NCBI GenBank assembly: GCA_964473825.1
Contig: CAYYQL010000063.1
Span: 1 to 10,266, forward strand
DNA: 10,266 nt
From: an uncultured archaeon
GTDB taxonomy: Archaea; Asgardarchaeota; Thorarchaeia; Thorarchaeales; Thorarchaeaceae
Direction of reading: 5' to 3'
In this document: piece after piece, positions 7,655-10,266 of the stretch
Numbering within the stretch: position 1 is the stretch's first letter
Layout: each line of letters opens with the position of its first letter
Notes under the pieces: model-generated
Told to the model about the DNA's origin: nothing
What the model saw: the letters and a program-made list of their open reading frames with translations, nothing else
Database searches by the model: none
Made by a program: the position numbers and the translations under genes

Positions 7655-7693
7655 ATGAATCCGTCACAATGGGAAGAACCAGAACCATTCTAG
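7655..7693 (+). CDS. Micropeptide 2: MNPSQWEEPEPF (12 aa; 16 aa, MREKMNPSQWEEPEPF, if started at ATG 7643)
   Basis: SD-like AGGAGGATGA at 7637-7646, ATG 7655, TAG 7691-7693. Ends E-E-P-E-P-F, matching E-D-P-C-P-F of micropeptide 1. Confidence 0.45.
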   Translation: MNPSQWEEPEPF

Positions 7694-7747
7694 AACAAAT
7701 ACTTTGAGAGATGTTGAATGAACAAAGAAAATCGGAGGAAAGAGTGA

Positions 7748-7999
7748 TTGATCAGAAGTGAAAGCATCGACACGCTAGCATTCCTAGTCCAGCCTGAGAA
7801 TGGACGGGCAGTTGACCCCTTCAACGACCCTGAGATTGTCAGGTTAGTAGCAGCCAACCTTGAGATGGCAGTCCGGAACTTGATGATGGCTAATTCATCA
7901 CCGGAGTGTCTTGTGCTGACTGCAGATATCTGTAGCCACAAATTAGTTGCTGCTCCAAAGGCAGACGGAAGCATCAGTGTCACAATATATGATGAGTAG
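7748..7999 (+). CDS. Hypothetical protein, 83 aa (TTG start)
   Basis: SD GGAGG at 7734-7738. Protein-like alpha/beta pattern. No family recognised. Confidence 0.7.
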   Translation: MIRSESIDTLAFLVQPENGRAVDPFNDPEIVRLVAANLEMAVRNLMMANSSPECLVLTADICSHKLVAAPKADGSISVTIYDE

Positions 8000-8013
8000 C
8001 CAAACGTTAGACT

Positions 8014-8062
8014 TGTCACTGTGTATTGCCGTGTCCGAGTAATTGGGCCGGAAATATTGACA
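8014..8062 (+). other. Long GNRA-capped hairpin in the 3' UTR of the 83-aa gene
   Basis: TGTCA..GTATT.CCG.GTCCGA-[GTAA]-TTGGGC.CGG.AATAT.TGACA with several G-U pairs. Possible outer closure TTAGACT (8007-8013) / AGTCTAA (8078-8084). Confidence 0.5.
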
Positions 8063-8109
8063 GCAAGAATCGATGGGAGTCTAAATAGCTATGTCAGTAC
8101 TCAAGAACA

Positions 8110-8140
8110 GACTCTGCGTGGGCCTATCCACGCAGATGTC
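8110..8140. promoter_or_regulatory. Strong inverted repeat upstream of the MFS gene
   Basis: GAC-TCTGCGTGG-G-CCTA-T-CCACGCAGA-T-GTC: a 9-bp perfect stem plus extension. Confidence 0.55.
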
Positions 8141-8178
8141 AAGGTTGGCTCGGTATTTACGGGTCAGGAGAGTACTGT

Positions 8179-9597
8179 ATGCAGAGGTTACAAGAAGATA
8201 AGAAAGAGGGATCAGCTACGGAGGACCGCGAACCTATCACCAGCGTCCCTCCGCACAACGAAAACGGGGAGTATATTGAGGGCAAGAACATTATTGCGTC
8301 ACTGAGAAGAGTCTTCTCGTGGCAGAACTACGTTGTCTATTTGCTTACCTCATGGACTTTCAATGCTCTGATGACTCTGGGAAATTTCTTCAACCTGTAT
8401 CTGCGGAACCTTGGCTGGGAGTACATCTTGATTGGTGCGGTCGCGAGTATCACTGGTGTGGTGGCTGCACTTTCGAGACTTGGAGGCGGATACATTGGGG
8501 ACAATTATGATAGAAGGAAACTCTCCGTCGTGGCGATGGCCATGTACGCGCTATATTACCTGCTGATTGGCATAACTGACTCCTTCATCATTGTATTCGT
8601 TTCACTCAACATCTTTGCCCTGACGAACTTGGCCAAGGGGGGTTCCACGGCCTTCATTATGGACAGTATACCGAAGAAAGATAGTGGCTTTGCGCTCTCA
8701 CTCTTTAATGCAGGGAAGGCTTTGGGAGTCATCACACTCTTGGTATTCTCAGCTCTGATTCCAGTATTTGGATTCGTTGAGAGCTTTCGGATCTTGTATC
8801 TCTTCACCGGAATTTCCCTTCTGATATGCGCTATCATACGTGACCGTCTGCTACTGCCAGCTGAGGAGAATGGGACACGAGAGAGAGCATCTTCTCTCTT
8901 CAGGGACTTCATGCAAGAGAATGCCAAGGCCGTACGACAGCTCCTTTCCGTCATCCCGGGTGTGATCCTCATTGTAATCATCGATGCGCTAAGTGATGAT
9001 ATGTTTCACTTTGGAGCTCTTATCTATTCTAACGAGATTATTGGAGTTTCAATCAGTGGAATCACTATCATCGTGCTTGTCTCCTTACTCCTTAGCGCAC
9101 CGCTTGTCTTGAAGGTCGGTCGAATGTCTGACAGAATCGGAATCAAGAAAGCAGGAATCGCTGTGTATACTCTTATGCCTGTTTCTGTATTTCTTCTCGT
9201 CCTTGCTTCTTTCGTAACCTTCTGGGGGCCCATCGAGCTGTACGCCTTGGCGGAATCGCTGTGGCCGGGCTTGGGGACGATCTTCACAGTCCCCTTTGTT
9301 GCCATTGTAATGAAAAATGTCAATGATCTGCTCTGGTGGGTTCTACTTATCACAATGGTACAGAAGTCCCTTCCACGGACGGATACAGCCAAGATGCTTG
9401 CTTGTTTCTGGTTCACGGTTTATGCAGTAAGGGCGATTGGCCCTCTGGTGGCAGGATTCATCTTCCAGTATTCCAGTCCAGTATTTCTCTTCGTCATCAT
9501 ATTCTTCATGAATCTTCTCATCTTGGGATTGATTCATCGGGGAGCCTTGAACATCAACGGAGAAGAGAAACCTGAAACAGAAAGCAAGGAAACTTAA
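8179..9597 (+). CDS. Major facilitator superfamily transporter
   Basis: About 12 hydrophobic segments, MFS motif A variants GGYIGDNYDRR and GRMSDRIGIK, and SD AGGAG at 8166-8170. Confidence 0.92.
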   Translation: MQRLQEDKKEGSATEDREPITSVPPHNENGEYIEGKNIIASLRRVFSWQNYVVYLLTSWTFNALMTLGNFFNLYLRNLGWEYILIGAVASITGVVAALSRLGGGYIGDNYDRRKLSVVAMAMYALYYLLIGITDSFIIVFVSLNIFALTNLAKGGSTAFIMDSIPKKDSGFALSLFNAGKALGVITLLVFSALIPVFGFVESFRILYLFTGISLLICAIIRDRLLLPAEENGTRERASSLFRDFMQENAKAVRQLLSVIPGVILIVIIDALSDDMFHFGALIYSNEIIGVSISGITIIVLVSLLLSAPLVLKVGRMSDRIGIKKAGIAVYTLMPVSVFLLVLASFVTFWGPIELYALAESLWPGLGTIFTVPFVAIVMKNVNDLLWWVLLITMVQKSLPRTDTAKMLACFWFTVYAVRAIGPLVAGFIFQYSSPVFLFVIIFFMNLLILGLIHRGALNINGEEKPETESKET

Positions 9598-9659
9598 GGT
9601 CTGCCTGCTGCCTCAATATGTATCGAACAGAGATACCATTCCAGATGAGGAATCCCAAG

Positions 9660-10266
9660 ATGGATTTTCAAGAGCGCGTAGAAGAGGTCATGAAACGACT
9701 GAAGAAGGCCTACCCTAATGCTCCGCCCACATACCTAGAATACAGTAATGCATTCGAGATGACAATTGCCACGATTCTCTCAGCTCACACAACTGACAAG
9801 AGTGTGAACTCAGTCACTCCAGAGCTCTTCGATAAGTATCCAGACCCGAAGACCCTGAAGGGGGCAGACCCCGACGAAGTCAAGGGAATCATCAGACCAG
9901 CGGGCATGTACAACCGGAAGACCGAGTACATCATGAAAACGGCCAAGATGCTGGTTGAAGACTTCGGAGGAGAAGTTCCAACGACCATCAAGGATCTCTC
10001 TAAGATGCCTGGCATATCACGGAAGACAGCCAATGTGATTCTTCAGACTGTGTTTGATATCAACGAGGGCGTGGTTGTTGACACACATATTCAGAGAGTC
10101 ACTCAACGCTTGGAATTCTCGGAAGAAGAACGCCCGGAGAAGATTGAGAGGGATTTGATGGAGATCCTACCCAAGGACGAATGGGACGACTATGCACGCA
10201 TAATCGGTGCTCATGGAAGAGAGATCTGTACAGCCAGATCTCCAGACTGCCCTGCCTGTCCGGTGA
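9660..10266 (+). CDS. nth: Endonuclease III (DNA glycosylase/AP lyase), truncated by the window end
   Basis: Not in the ORF track because it has no stop; translated by hand: MDFQERVEEVMKRLKKAYP...ILSAHTTDKSVN...KMPGISRKTANV...VVDTHIQRV...HGREICTARSPDCPACPV. Catalytic Lys and Asp and the start of the 4Fe-4S motif are present. In-frame upstream ATGs at 9618 and 9645. Confidence 0.93.
   Translation, partial: MDFQERVEEVMKRLKKAYPNAPPTYLEYSNAFEMTIATILSAHTTDKSVNSVTPELFDKYPDPKTLKGADPDEVKGIIRPAGMYNRKTEYIMKTAKMLVEDFGGEVPTTIKDLSKMPGISRKTANVILQTVFDINEGVVVDTHIQRVTQRLEFSEEERPEKIERDLMEILPKDEWDDYARIIGAHGREICTARSPDCPACPV

Noticed and set aside
7602-7707. Other sORFs: MYDNIDLQQQFTGG (from 7602) and MITSTYS...EQIL (from 7606)
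   Set aside because: No SD upstream. The terminal GG is simply the SD of peptide 2 read as codons, not a ubiquitin-like diglycine.
7718-7747. ATG...TGA in frame with the 83-aa ORF (possible selenocysteine readthrough), with a 3' hairpin as SECIS
   Set aside because: The extension (MNKENRRKE) spans the SD region and has no redox-motif context. The 8014-8062 hairpin lacks the AUGA/GA core of Asgard and eukaryotic SECIS.
353-10033. Remaining ORF-track entries overlapping the main genes (e.g. 5408-5878, 7027-7245, 7690-8019, 8021-8305, 8556-8981, 9785-10033)
   Set aside because: Antisense or off-frame shadows of well-supported CDSs, with no motifs.
1-10266. CRISPR arrays, tRNA/rRNA, IS elements or integrases
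   Set aside because: No regularly spaced repeats, cloverleaf, transposase or recombinase motifs seen.

Overview
Gene-dense archaeal window of about 50% GC. GGAGG/GGAGGTGA Shine-Dalgarno sites, TATA-like boxes and the gene repertoire suggest an Asgard archaeon, possibly Thorarchaeia; this is inference, not a database result. Minus strand, read right to left: two paralogous double-HTH Lrp/AsnC-like proteins, a Mig-type HhH-GPD mismatch glycosylase, an Eis-like GNAT, a small Zn finger coupled to a PNP/UDP-family nucleoside phosphorylase, and a RimI-like GNAT. Plus strand: a small Cys-rich protein, an MFS transporter and a truncated endonuclease III. The most unusual part is the apparently intergenic region at about 7230-8170, transcribed away from the regulator pair. 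It has a three-hairpin leader that hides a perfect SD, and two SD-led micropeptides missing from the ORF track that both end in E-[DE]-P-x-P-F-stop. It also has a long hairpin over the first peptide's stop codon with competing folds, an 83-aa unknown protein and a GNRA-capped 3' hairpin. This could be an undescribed peptide/RNA regulatory module. All RNA structures were folded by eye.
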